64,000 bases of DNA, taken from IMG/VR virus record IMGVR_UViG_2799112320_000004, positions 1 through 64,000 of that record. One strand, 5' to 3'. This DNA comes from a virus. Lineage: Duplodnaviria; Caudoviricetes. Positions within the stretch are counted from its first letter, which is position 1; each line of letters starts with the position of its first letter. Of the stretch, positions 27,576 to 39,500 are shown one piece after another. Made by a program: the position numbers and the translations under genes. The notes below the pieces were generated by a model. That model searched no databases. It saw nothing but the letters and a program-made list of their open reading frames with translations, and was not told the origin of the DNA.

Positions 27576-28348
27576 GGGTCGCCGGTCTCGTCATGACCGC
27601 GATCGGCGCCGGCTACAACGCCTGGGCCGCGAACCAGGCCGGCAAGGCGCAGGCGTCCGACATCAAGCGGCAGTCGCAGCTTCAGGCCGCGAACATCATG
27701 CGCGAGGCGAACGCCACGGCGGAGGCCCAGCGCGCGCAGGCCCGCCAGTTCGAGCGCACGAGCCTCATGGACATGATGGAGGCCGGGAACCAGAAGTTCC
27801 GCGCAGACGAGGAGTTGCGCCAGGGCGAGATCGCACAGGAGAAGGCAAACATCGAGCAGCTCAAAGGCGAGCGCGAGGCCGCGCGCCGGTCGCGGATGCT
27901 CGCGCAGGAGATCGGCGAGCAGTACGCGCAGTTCGCCGGAAACGGCTTCGCCGTGGACGCCGGGCCGCAGGACACGTTCGGCGCGATCATCCGCTCGTCC
28001 GCGACGGAGGGACAGGCTGACATCAGTACCATCCTCGACAACGCCAGGATGAATCAGTGGACGTTCGAGGAGGAGAAACGCACCCAGCAGCGCAACGCCG
28101 CCAACTCGCTCCAGGGCGCGAACAATCTCGTCTTCAAGGCGCAGAGCGACCTGGCGAGCGGACAGGACGCGCGCCGGGCCGCCGCGCTCACCATGGCGAA
28201 CGCGCAGTCCGCAGCCGCTGACACGATCGCTTACGGCAGGGCCGCCGCGCGCGCGGCCCGCAAATCCGGACGGCGCGCCGCCTGGGGCGCCGGGCTCGGT
28301 GGTGCTGCGCAGACCGCCTGGGGCGCATACTCACTGTGGGGTAAATAA
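27560..28348 (+). CDS. Internal virion/ejection protein (gp14-like)
   Basis: Hydrophobic Gly/Ala N- and C-termini, Ala/Gln-rich coiled coil, QYAQFAGNGFAVD.G motif. Confidence 0.75.
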   Translation: MGMELGVAGLVMTAIGAGYNAWAANQAGKAQASDIKRQSQLQAANIMREANATAEAQRAQARQFERTSLMDMMEAGNQKFRADEELRQGEIAQEKANIEQLKGEREAARRSRMLAQEIGEQYAQFAGNGFAVDAGPQDTFGAIIRSSATEGQADISTILDNARMNQWTFEEEKRTQQRNAANSLQGANNLVFKAQSDLASGQDARRAAALTMANAQSAAADTIAYGRAAARAARKSGRRAAWGAGLGGAAQTAWGAYSLWGK

Positions 28349-28350
28349 CA

Positions 28351-30501
28351 ATGGGCGTCATCAACATCACGCAGCGGAGCGAACGGCTCGGCAACCTCGG
28401 CGGCACGTCCGCCGCGCACGGCGTCACCTCCACCGACATCGGCACGGTGCACCACACCTCGGCGCGCACGTTCGCGCCGACCTACTACTCCCGCAACTAC
28501 CAGGAGGGCAACCGCGCCATCGGACGCGGCCTCGGCGCCGTCGGCGACACCATGCTCCGCATCGGCCTCGCCATCCAGCAGCGCGAGGAGGACCGCCAGG
28601 TCGACGAGTACACCAGCGCCATGATGCGCACAATGGAAACCGAGAGCCGAGACGAGCGCGACGTCACCGACTGGAACACGCCGCAGCGCCAACACCTCAA
28701 AGGCCAGAAGCGCGGCTACTATCTCCGCACCGGTAAGGGCACGATGAACGTCGCGCAAGAGTGGGACGACTGCTTCGGCGAACGGTTCAACCAGATCGGC
28801 GTCTCGATCGGCGCGAACGAGCGTGTACGCGAACGGACGATGAAGAACCTCGCCGGCTACAGGCGTAGTTGCATCAGCCGCCTCATGGACCAACAGGCTT
28901 CCGAATATCGTCGCCTGGAGCTGGGCAACGCAACGGGAACACTCCAGACGCAGATGGATCTCTTTGACAGCGGAAACGACGCCGCCATTCCCGAAATCTT
29001 CAAGCAATATGACCGCGTGTCGCAGCTGCAACGCCTCACGCCCGAGCAGGCGAAGGCCGGCAAGGAAGAGCTCGCGCTCAAGCTCACCGCGTCCGTCGTG
29101 GGACGGCGGGTCACCGGCTGCCAGACGGCCGAAGGCTTCGACCTCGTGGAGGCCGACATCAAGGCCGGCATGAAAGGAAAACTTCCCGACGAGATCGCCG
29201 CCAACCTCCCCGGCGGCAAGCGCACCATCGGCGGCAAGATGAAAGACGCCCTTCTCACAGACGTCCGCCGCGCGCGGCAGTCGTTCGACATCCAGCGCGA
29301 CCGCGAGGAACGCGAGCAGCTGTCCGAACTCGTCGCGTTTTCCGACAACGCCCTCGCGCATGGCGACATCAAGAGTCTCGAGGACGCGTATACGGACATG
29401 GACGCGCGCGCGAAGGAGGCGCCCAAGGGTTCGCGCATGGAGACCGTCGCGCTCCAGCAGGCAAAGCGTCTCGACATGGCTGCCGACGCCGAGGCACGTC
29501 GCCTCACCTGGGACCACATCATCGCCCACGCCGGCGAGAAGGACGCGCAGGAGCCGGCAGACAACACGCGCATGGCGAAGTTCTACGGGCCGCTGAAAGA
29601 AGCGTACGACCGGCAGGCGCAGGCGTACCTGGCAGAGGGCGCGCTCATGGCCGACGCGGCCGAGAAGGAGATGTTCAAGGCGAACGAGGCGCAGATCAGG
29701 GCTAAGATGATGGAGATGGGCGCGGCGTCGCCCGGACTTGTCGCCGGTCAACTCGCGGAAGTCGCCGCGAACGGCCACATCACCCTCGACCAGTACAACC
29801 GGCTGCGCAAGGAGTACGAGAACATCTGGTCGCAGAAGGGAATGCCCGACAAGGCCGCAGAGCTCGTGCGTATCCTGAAACAGGAATTCTTCTTCGGCAG
29901 CGACGACTACGATCCGCAGGCGACCATGGGCGTCAGCTCGAAGACCGGCAAGTTCGAGTACCTCGTCGATCCCGAAACGAGGAAGCCTTACCCCGGCCAG
30001 GACGCGGAATGGGAGTTCGAGGAGCGCGTGCCCGGAGAGGCACCGAGCCCGTGGCTGGCGGCCTTCGCGCCAGGCACGGCCTACGCCACTTCAAAGAATC
30101 GTTCCGTCTGGCGCAGCCGCACGCTCACGAGCGACGAGCAGCTGAAACTTCTCGACTGGGGACTGGAACTTGCGAAACACGACGGCGAAATGCTGTCCGT
30201 CCACCCGCTCACCAACGAGATCCTGGACAAGCCGTTCAAGCTGGACGCGGCCGCCGTCTTCCGCGACGCCTGCGCACAGCTGAGCGCAGCCAAGGACGCG
30301 GAAGCCGCGCAGGAACTTGTCGTACAGCGCGCAGACGCCATGTTGAGCATCAACTTCGGCGCGGCAAAGCGCGAGGGCCTGCTCGTCGACACCACGACAT
30401 CCATCCAGAAAAAGCGAGCCGAAGAGAAGAGCGGCCTGAAGCAGATGAAACGCAGACCATTTACGCCGAAGATGCCGAACGTTGAACCGACGGAGGAGTG
30501 A
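28351..30501 (+). CDS. Internal virion/ejection protein (gp15-like)
   Basis: 716-aa helical protein between the gp14-like gene and the giant gene. Confidence 0.7.
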   Translation: MGVINITQRSERLGNLGGTSAAHGVTSTDIGTVHHTSARTFAPTYYSRNYQEGNRAIGRGLGAVGDTMLRIGLAIQQREEDRQVDEYTSAMMRTMETESRDERDVTDWNTPQRQHLKGQKRGYYLRTGKGTMNVAQEWDDCFGERFNQIGVSIGANERVRERTMKNLAGYRRSCISRLMDQQASEYRRLELGNATGTLQTQMDLFDSGNDAAIPEIFKQYDRVSQLQRLTPEQAKAGKEELALKLTASVVGRRVTGCQTAEGFDLVEADIKAGMKGKLPDEIAANLPGGKRTIGGKMKDALLTDVRRARQSFDIQRDREEREQLSELVAFSDNALAHGDIKSLEDAYTDMDARAKEAPKGSRMETVALQQAKRLDMAADAEARRLTWDHIIAHAGEKDAQEPADNTRMAKFYGPLKEAYDRQAQAYLAEGALMADAAEKEMFKANEAQIRAKMMEMGAASPGLVAGQLAEVAANGHITLDQYNRLRKEYENIWSQKGMPDKAAELVRILKQEFFFGSDDYDPQATMGVSSKTGKFEYLVDPETRKPYPGQDAEWEFEERVPGEAPSPWLAAFAPGTAYATSKNRSVWRSRTLTSDEQLKLLDWGLELAKHDGEMLSVHPLTNEILDKPFKLDAAAVFRDACAQLSAAKDAEAAQELVVQRADAMLSINFGAAKREGLLVDTTTSIQKKRAEEKSGLKQMKRRPFTPKMPNVEPTEE

Positions 30502-33500
30502 CGATGCCGAGACCGAATACCCCAACCCGATGGGACGCCATTCCCGCATTGACGGAAGAGGAGCGCGTCGCGTCGGCGCTCAGCGTCAGCCCGGCCACGG
30601 CCACCGACGAGGAGAGCCGCGCGGCCGCGCAGACCCTTTCCAGGCAGGTGCTGATCGCGCACCAGATCGCGCAGATGCCGGATGAATCCTTCAAGACCGA
30701 GGCGGAGAAATACGCCGCAGCGTCCAAAATCGTCGAGACCATGACCGGCGCGAAGGACCTCGACGGCCGCCTCTGGAATGGGGGCAAGCCGTTCAAGACC
30801 GGCAAAGAATACCTGATGAGCGTCCGCGACGTGCTGACCCGTGGCATGACGGCGGCGGCCGATCCCGACCTCCAGGCGTGGCTGGCCATGTCGGACGAGG
30901 AGAAGGACGCGAAACTCGAGCGCGAGCAGGGCTTCCTCTCGTCCTTAGCCGAGGGCGTGGGCGACGCGACGTCGCAAGTCGCCGCGCATTACGGCATCAA
31001 CACTGAGCTCTCGGAGAGCGAATATGAAGCGGCTCCGGAGGACGTGCGCAACGCGAGCTTCATGCTGTCGCGCGACGACACGCCGCAGGCCGAGCGGGAC
31101 AAGTACGGCGCGACGATCCGCGAGTGGCGCACGGGAGAATGGCGGAAACTCCAGCGCCGCAGCGAGTACGAGGCGAAGCTGCGCCGCAAGAACGCGCTCC
31201 TCTACCTTCCGGACATGATCAAGTCGCTGAAGACCGATGAGGCCAAGACGCTCGCGGGCGAACTTGCACAGGACCCTTCCGCGATTCCGGACAACTGGGA
31301 GGCACGCCTGAGGCGCCTGCCCACGCACGACATCGAGACGCTGGCGCAGATTCGCGGCATGACGCGCGAGCAGACCGAGGGCGGCTTCTTCAACTGGCTC
31401 GGCGACATGGGCATCGGCGTATACAACGCCGCGCGCGGACTCGTCAACGGGCCGTACCAACAGCTCGAGAAGTACGGCGCGATGGCCATGGGGTTCGACG
31501 AAAACCTCATCAACGAGACGATCCGCCGCAAGCACGCGCTCTGGAGCGCGTACGCGGGCTGGAGCTCGCCCGTCGCGCCGCTCTCCGACCAGCACGGGGC
31601 CGTCGCGAACTTCACGATCGGCCTCGCGTCCGCCGTTCCGTTCATCGCCTCGATGAAGCTGAAGGCGCTCGGCTACGTCGCGTGCGCGGGCGAGATGATG
31701 TCAGAGGCCGACGCCCAGGCCGCCGCAGCCGGCGTCGACACGACGAGCTTAGAGTACAACGCGATCAACCTCGTCGCAGGCGGCACCTACGCCTACATGC
31801 TGAAGGCCGTGAGCCCGAAGTTCTTCGGCGCGTCCGCGAACGGCGCGGCCGAGGAGATGGCCCTGCGCACCGCGTTCATGAAGGGCGTGCTGAGCGGCGT
31901 CGCGAAGCTCGACACCGTCAAGATCGCGTCCCAGCGCACGGCCGCCGGCTCGCTGATGATGGCCATGCAGCAGTCGATCGCAGCCGTGAACAACGACCTG
32001 CACCTCGGCGGAGACGCCTGGAACGACGCCGCGAAGAGTTTCACGGAGACGTTCGTCTCGTCCATCCCGGACATGCTCGCATTCACGGGATACGGGATCC
32101 TCGAAGGCCACGCCCGCGCGTCCGGCGGGTTGCCGAAGATGTTCACGGCCGAGGGACGCGCCAACCGCTCGCAGAACCTCCGCGAGGCCGTGGAGAACGC
32201 CTTCGCCGTCAGGACGGCGATCGTCGGGAATGAGCAGATAGACAATCTGCGTAAGGCAACCATTTTGAATCAACTCTCCGCCATGAGCCGTGCATGGACA
32301 GAGGGGGGCGAAGCTGGACTGAGAGGCCTTGGCCTGAAGCCTGCGGAGATAACCGAGGCGAAGGATTACTTCGAAGCTGAATGCAAGCAGCTTGGCGCGG
32401 CAGAGAAGCTGGGGGAACTTGACTCCATCCTCGACGAGCAGGGGGCGAGGGGAGAATTCGATCCGTACGTGTTCGCGGAGCGAAACGAGGCCGCAAGACG
32501 CTACGATGAACTGGCGCGCGACTACTCTGTCAAAACAGACCGCCTGCACAAGAGGATCATCGAGAAGATGCTCGATGAGAAAGGCACGCTGCGCGACATC
32601 GCGTCCGTGCGCAACGTCTGGGCGCAAGGCCACGCCGTCGGTGCGGGAATGGCCGACGGCACCGACGCCGGCGCCGCCGCGCTCGTCAAGGCCGGCTTTA
32701 CACCGGAAGACGCCGCGATTCTCTCCCGCGAGTTCGGCGCGGAGCGCAGGAACATGTACTCGCCCGCCGCGACCGAGGCATTGCGCGAGATGTACACGCG
32801 CTCCACGCGCGGGATGGTGGAGGCGCACGCCGCGCTCGCGAGCGCGTTCAAGGGCAAGGTGCGCACCGAGAACGGGCGCGTGCTGATCGACCTCCCGATG
32901 CCGGACGGCGGCACGGGCACGCTCGCCGTCGAGACGGAAGATCTGTCGCAGAGATTCTACGGCGCGGCGGGAAAAGACCCGGAGCTGGCGCGCCAGATCG
33001 AAAGCATTGTCACGCGCCTCGGCGGCCATGTGACAGCTGACGCCTGGATCAACATGACGGACGCCGAGCGGCGCCGGATCGTAAAGGAATTCCATCTTCA
33101 GGACGAAGGCTACTTCATGCTGACGGATCCGGCCGACCCGTCGCTGCATGTCGATTCCGGCGACGCCGACGCCGTGATGGGCGTGATCCGTCTCGACCCG
33201 ACCGCAGACCCCGGTGTAGGCTTCCACGAGTCGATGCACGGTTTCCTGCGTTTCTGCCAGGAGACGGGCTTCTTCGACGAGGCCGACGTCAAATGGCTCA
33301 CGGACACCTACGGCACGCCGCAGAACGCGAAGGAGCAGTTGAACGAGGAGAGCGCGGCCGACGGCTTCCGCCAGTACCTCGCGAAGCGCATGGCGGGCTC
33401 GTTCGCCGAGGAGCCTGGCCCGTTCCGCAAGCTGTTCGGCCTCATCAGCCGCATCCGCCACCTGCGCGACAGCCGTGCGGCGACGGAACGCCTCGCCGCG

Positions 33501-36500
33501 AACGCCGAGGAGGCGCTGTACGACGCGTTCCTCGCGGGCAAGTACCAGCACGTTCGCGACCTCACTTTCGCCGAACCCGTCGCGCCCAAGGCCGAGACGG
33601 GCACCGGCACCGAAGCGCCGCAGACCGGCGCGCCGACGCCAGCGCCGACACCGGCGCCGACTCCGGCACCGGCACCCGCACCGACTCCAGCGCCGACGCC
33701 CGCACCGGCGCCCGCGCCCGCGCCGCGCGTCGTCTCGTTCGAGGCGCTGACGCCGACCGGCGGAAAGAAGGTCAAGGGACACTACGAGATCGTCCCGCTC
33801 GCGTCGCTGCTGCACTCCAACATGGCCGGCTACCCGATGGAGCTCCAGCAGCGCGACCGCAAGGGCAACAAGGGCGAGGAGCAGACGCGCGAGGAGCACA
33901 TCGCAAACTTCGAGCCGGGCTACCTGCTGGCGGATCCGAAGACAGACTCCGGCGCGATGGTCGTGGCACGGCGTCCTGGACCGGACGGCAAGCCGCAGCT
34001 CGTCGTCGTCTCGGGGAACGGGCGCACGATGGTCCTGGAGGAGATGGCCAAGCGCAACCTCTACGACCGCTACCGCAACCGCATGAAGGAATGGGCGAAG
34101 GAGAACGGCGTCGAGAACACCGTCGCGGACGCAGACAATCCCGTCCTCGTGCGCGTGGTGGACGAGCTCGGCGGCGCCACGCTGAAGGAGCTGGCCGACC
34201 TCTCGAACACAAACGCGATCCAGCAGATGAACGAGGAAGAGCAGGCCCGCGCCGACGCCGACCTCGTGCGTTCGCTCGACCTCGCGAAGCTCTACAAGCC
34301 GAACATGGACGGCTCCGCGAACATGGCCGCCGGAGCGAGCGACGAGTTCTTCCGCGAATTCGTGCGCGCGACGGGCGACACCAGCCTGCTCAATTCCGAC
34401 GGCACCTTCACCGAAGCCCTGCGCATGAGGGCGCGGCGCGCACTTCTCGCAATCGCATGCGGACAGGGCGAGCGCGGGCGCGACGTCGTGAAGAAGCTCG
34501 TCGAGGACACCGATGCGCTCGGCATCGACCGCCAGAAGGACACGGCCGCCGCGATCGCGCCGCACGTCGCGGCCATCGAGACGCGTCCGGAATACGCCAT
34601 CGGCCCGGACGTGAGCCGCGCGTTCGCGGACTACATCGAGTTCCGCGAGAACCGCGACACGGGCAAGAAATGGGGTACGCTCGATGAGTACCTGAAGCAG
34701 GGCGACATGCTCGACCAGCGCAGCGAGATAGCCGAGGCGGTCATGCGGCTCCTGGACGATCCGAAGAGCGCGCCCGTGCTGGCCGAGACGGTGCGCCTCT
34801 ACGTCGAAGCCGCCAAGGGCGAAACGGACGGCCTCTTCGGCGCTGCCCGGACACGCGCCGAGATATGGCGCGACGCCGCAAAGGCCGTTAACGTTGAAGC
34901 CGCAGAAAAGCGCTACTCGATCGCGGGCAAGGTGGCCGCCTCAAACATGGGCATCAAGGGCGCGGGCGACGCCGAGGCCATGGAGAAGGCCGGCAAGGAT
35001 CGCGAGGAGATATGGCGCACGACCGGATGGTGGCGCGGCAAGGACGGCCGGTGGCGCTTTGAGCTGCCGTCCGTGAAGATGAAGAGCGAAAAGGAGATCG
35101 AGGCTGCGCTACGGGAGGGAATAAACGGCCTTCGCGGCGGAAGCAGCGAAACGACGCTTGAAAAAGTGCTGGACGCTCCGGCGCTGTTCGAGGCCTATCC
35201 GCGGCTTAAGAAAACAAAGATCGTATTCTCTCCGGAACACGACGACAAGACCGGCGGATGGTACGACGCCGGAAAGAACGAGATCGTCCTGCTCGATACG
35301 GGTATAAAGGATCTAAGGCATCGGCCGAAGCACGAACAGGACCTCTACGATACTTACCAGCAGGTAATAAACTCGGACGAGTTCCTTCAGAAGCGGTTCA
35401 GCAACATGGATGCGTTCGGCATCAAACACGGAACGGCCGAGGAAGAGAGGGCGCTGGCGAAAGACTGGATCGCGAAATTTGACAAGAGCATTCAGGACGA
35501 AAACGCCGCAATAGTCAGAGATCTTGTAAAAGATCGTGGGCCGTACAGCGCATTCGGCAAGATCGTCCACGAGGTGCAACATTCCGTGCAATACATGGAG
35601 ACATTCGCAAAGGGCGGAAACCCTGAATCGGCAGCCGAATTCGTCAAGAACATGAAGCGCAAGCAGCGAATATGGGCTTACAGACTCGAGGTCGAGGAGA
35701 CCGCGAAAGAGCTTGGCACGACGAATCCCTACGAGATAGAAAGGGCAATCCTCGAGAAGCTGGGAGTGACGAGCCGTGAGCAAATAGCGGGGCTTGAAGC
35801 AGATGGATGGATCCCCGACAGGGAGGGAAGAGACAAGGGATATAATCTGTTTGCCAGGGGATACGACAAGGAAGGCTACGAAGAAGCCTACAACGAATAC
35901 CTGGGCGAAATGAGGAAGACCGGCAGGGCCGGATGGTGGGAAGGCTCTCCACGAGAGCTTTACAACCGTCTTGCCGGCGAGGTTGAGGCGCGGAACGCAT
36001 CGCGCCGCGAAGCCATGTCGCCGGAGGAGCGCGCGGCCACGCCGCCCTGGGAAACCGAGGACGTGCCAGCCGACCGCCAGATCGTCAGGTACTCCGTGAC
36101 GGCGCAGAGAGTCACGCCCGAAGAGGACGCCGCGTATGCGGACGCCGTGAAGCGCGGCGACATGGAGACCGTGCGGCGCATGGAGCGCGAAGTTTACGAG
36201 CGCATGGGCTACTCGGACGACTCCAGCTACCAGGGAACGAGCGCGTTCAACGGCGCGGCTCCAAGCAGCAACGCCTACTTCGAGACCAAGGCGGAGCGCA
36301 TCGAAGCGGCGAAGAACGGCGAGATGGAGGACACTACGACGCTCGGCGACTTCCGCGACGGCATCGACGTCAACAATCTTCAGTTTATCGTGTTTGATCC
36401 ACGTTCGGAGCGCAACGCCGATCCGATGCGCCAGGAGGCAATACGGAACATTCGCGATGTTCTCGACGGCGGCAAAGACACGATAACGATGTACCGCAGC

Positions 36501-39500
36501 GTCCCGGCCGACGTGAAGGAGGGACAATTCCGGAACGGCGACTGGATCACGCCGAGCCGCGCCTACGCGGAGGACAACGCCCGCATCCACGGATGGGGCA
36601 AGAAGTTCCGCGTCATCGAGCAGGAAGTTTCGGTCGAAGACGTCTGGTGGGACGGCAACGACATCGCGGAATGGGGCTTCGACGACGGTAAGGGCAGCGT
36701 GTACAAGAACACGCGGGCGAACCGCAAGCTGCTCGGTCCGACCTACGACAACGCGGGCAACCTGATACCGCTCTCGAAGCGCTTCAACGACTGGCTCATG
36801 GACGCGCGCTACTCCATCGCGGGCCGTGTCGCCGCGTCGAATATGGGCATCAAGGGCGCGGGTGAGGCCGAGGCCATGGAGAAGGCTGGCAAGGATCGCG
36901 AGGAGATCTGGCGCACGACCGGATGGTGGCGCGGCACCGATGGTAAATGGCGCGTGGAGATCCCGGACTTCACGCTAAAGATGGACACGATTGGCAGGGA
37001 AGCCAACGAAAGCGACCCGGATTACTTCGTGCGCAAGCGGAAGTTGCCAGACATCATCACCGACACCCGTCTCTTTGAGGCGTACCCGGAACTGAAGAAG
37101 ATCACGGTCGAGACGCCGCATCACGATACATTCGGCGGGGCCAGCGTCCTGGGTGACTACAACGGCAAGAGGCGCATCCGACTGAACACATGGGCGATGA
37201 TGTACGATCCGGAACAGGTTCGCAGTACGCTCGCGCATGAGATACAGCACGCGATCCAGTACATCGAGGGTTTTGCCAAGGGCGGCAACCAAGGCCAGTT
37301 CAAGGAGGCAGACCCGTGGGCACTGCGCCGAAAGGCGAAGGCGGAGCGCAGGCGCGGCAACGAGACCGAAGCCGCACGTCTGGAAGCCGAGGCCGAGGAG
37401 ATTGAGGAAAATGCGCTCGAAGGACATGTGATCGAAAATGGCGAGGTGTACGAGGACACGTTCGAGGCTTACCAGTCGCTCGCGGGCGAGACCGAATCAC
37501 GCAACGTCGAGAAGCGCCTTGCCATGACGCCGGAAGAGCGCGCGGCCACGCCCCCCTGGGCGACTGAGGACGTGCCCGCCGACCGCCAGATCGTCAGGTT
37601 CTCCCTCGTCGGCAAGCGTCCGGACGGGATCGAAGTGTTCAGCACGCGCTCCGTGGACGACATGACCAACGCTCAGCGGCGCGACGAGTTCCTACGTAAA
37701 CTTAAGGAGGATTATAAGGGACGCACGGCGCGTTTCGTTGCGGACGGCAAGACCTACTATGCGACATTCGGCGATGATGATGTCGGCAAACTCGTATACG
37801 GAGACAATAAAACATCTCCTCGAAACAAGAAGGTAAAAGATCGAATCGGCGCGGCCGGTGATATATTTGATCTCGTCGAGAACTCTCGTTTCAAGGGACC
37901 TGGGAAAGAGCGCGGAAAGAAAACGGATGCTCACAGGAACGTTGAGAGATGGGATTATTTCGTCAAGACCGTCCAGATCGACGATGGCATGTACGACGTG
38001 CGAATCGAAGTGCGGAGTAAACCCAGCAGGACGGGTCAGTTGAAGGACGAATTCGTCTACAACGTGTTCTTGAACCACAGCAAGAAAAAAGCCGACCTTC
38101 GGTTCCTATCATGGGCAGAAGCCTTAGCAGGCGATGCCTCCGTCCGTAACGCGAACGTCACGGCTCTCAGACCCGAAAAGTCGGATGCGGAAAGTGTACC
38201 AAATCCCTCCGACGAAATCAAGGCCGATCCGGAGTCTTTTGCGCGGCGCTCGATCGTCTCGCGCGTAATCGACGGCGACGCCGAGGAACGCGAATCCGCG
38301 CTCGTGGCGTTCGTCGCCGAGCGCGCGCTCAGGCACGGCCCGAAGCCGAACGCCTTCAAGACCATCGCGCGGCTCGGGCTGGAGATGGGGCTCAAGACCG
38401 TGAACGCATCCAATATCGTCAAGAAAGGCGAGGCTCTTGCCGACCGCGTGCGCGGCACCGTCATCGAGAAGGCGATCCGCAAGGGCGACGTCGCCACGGC
38501 CACGGCCCTTCTCGCCCGCGAAAGCGACATCGACCGTCTCGTCGCCGGCGCAGCCGGTCAGGGCGGCCAGCTCGTCCGCGCAGGCGAGGGCAAGATCAAG
38601 AGCTTCCTCGACCGCGAGATCGAAAAGCATATCCGTTCGTTCAACGCCGCGTCGCTCGCGGACGTGGAGCGCGACACCGGCATCGACATCGCGGGCGAGA
38701 TCCTGGCCAACAGCCCGGAGAGGTTTGATCCGAAGGGATCGGCGAAGCGCGAGGAAGCCAAGGCCGAAGCCGGCGAGGCTGGAGGCGAGGAAGGTGCCGT
38801 GCCCGGCGCCGGCGCGCCCGACGAGGGCAACATCACCGACTTCGAGCGTGCCCGCCGCGAGCGCGTGCGCAAGGAGGCCGAGGAGCGCGTCGCCAAGATG
38901 ATCGCCACGGCCAAGCAGCGCGCGGAAGAGGCCGAGAATCAACGCGCGGAATGGGAGGCGCAGCGCGAAGAGCGCAAGCGCCAGGCCGAAGCCGCAGCGG
39001 CGGCCGGCGAAGCCGGCGAGGCCGGCGAGGCCGGTGGCGGCGCCGGTGGTGGTGGCGAAGGCGGCGGCGTCGGTGGCGAGACCGTCACGCCGGAGCGTCC
39101 GAAACTCTCCACGTTCGCCGACTTCAAGTCGCCCGAGGAGTTCGCCGCGTTCTTCCGCGTCTGGGCCGAGGAGCGCTACAAGAAGGAACACGGCGCATCC
39201 ACACTCGGCAAGCACGAGGAGAAGCGGCTCTTCCCGGAGTTCTACCGCAAGGCCGTCGTGCGCGAGCTGCAAGACCTGGCCGACAAGCTCCTGCCGCCCA
39301 AGGGCGCGCGCGCGACCGTCAACCGCTGGCTCGGCGAGATCCAGCCCGGCGTGAAGCCCGACACCCTCGAGCGCATTTCGGCCGACATCTTCAAGTACAT
39401 CAACCGCAACGCGATCCGCGAGAGCCGCACGGCGACGATCCAGAAGTTCCGGAACGGACTCCAGGAGTTCATCAAGGGCCCGCAGTTCGACGACCTGAAG

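Noticed and set aside
31749-34565. 938-aa minus-strand ORF and other long antisense or alternate-frame ORFs (e.g. 6483..8249, 38124..40112, 43453..45006, 44330..45982, 50801..52372, 56072..58402)
   Set aside because: Shadow ORFs of high-GC coding genes: Arg/Ala/Pro-rich, no recognisable motifs, fully overlapping well-supported genes.
38990-39085. Gly/Glu/Ala repeat (GEAGEAGEAGGGAGGGGEGGG)
   Set aside because: Ordinary low-complexity linker in the giant protein; not a separate element.
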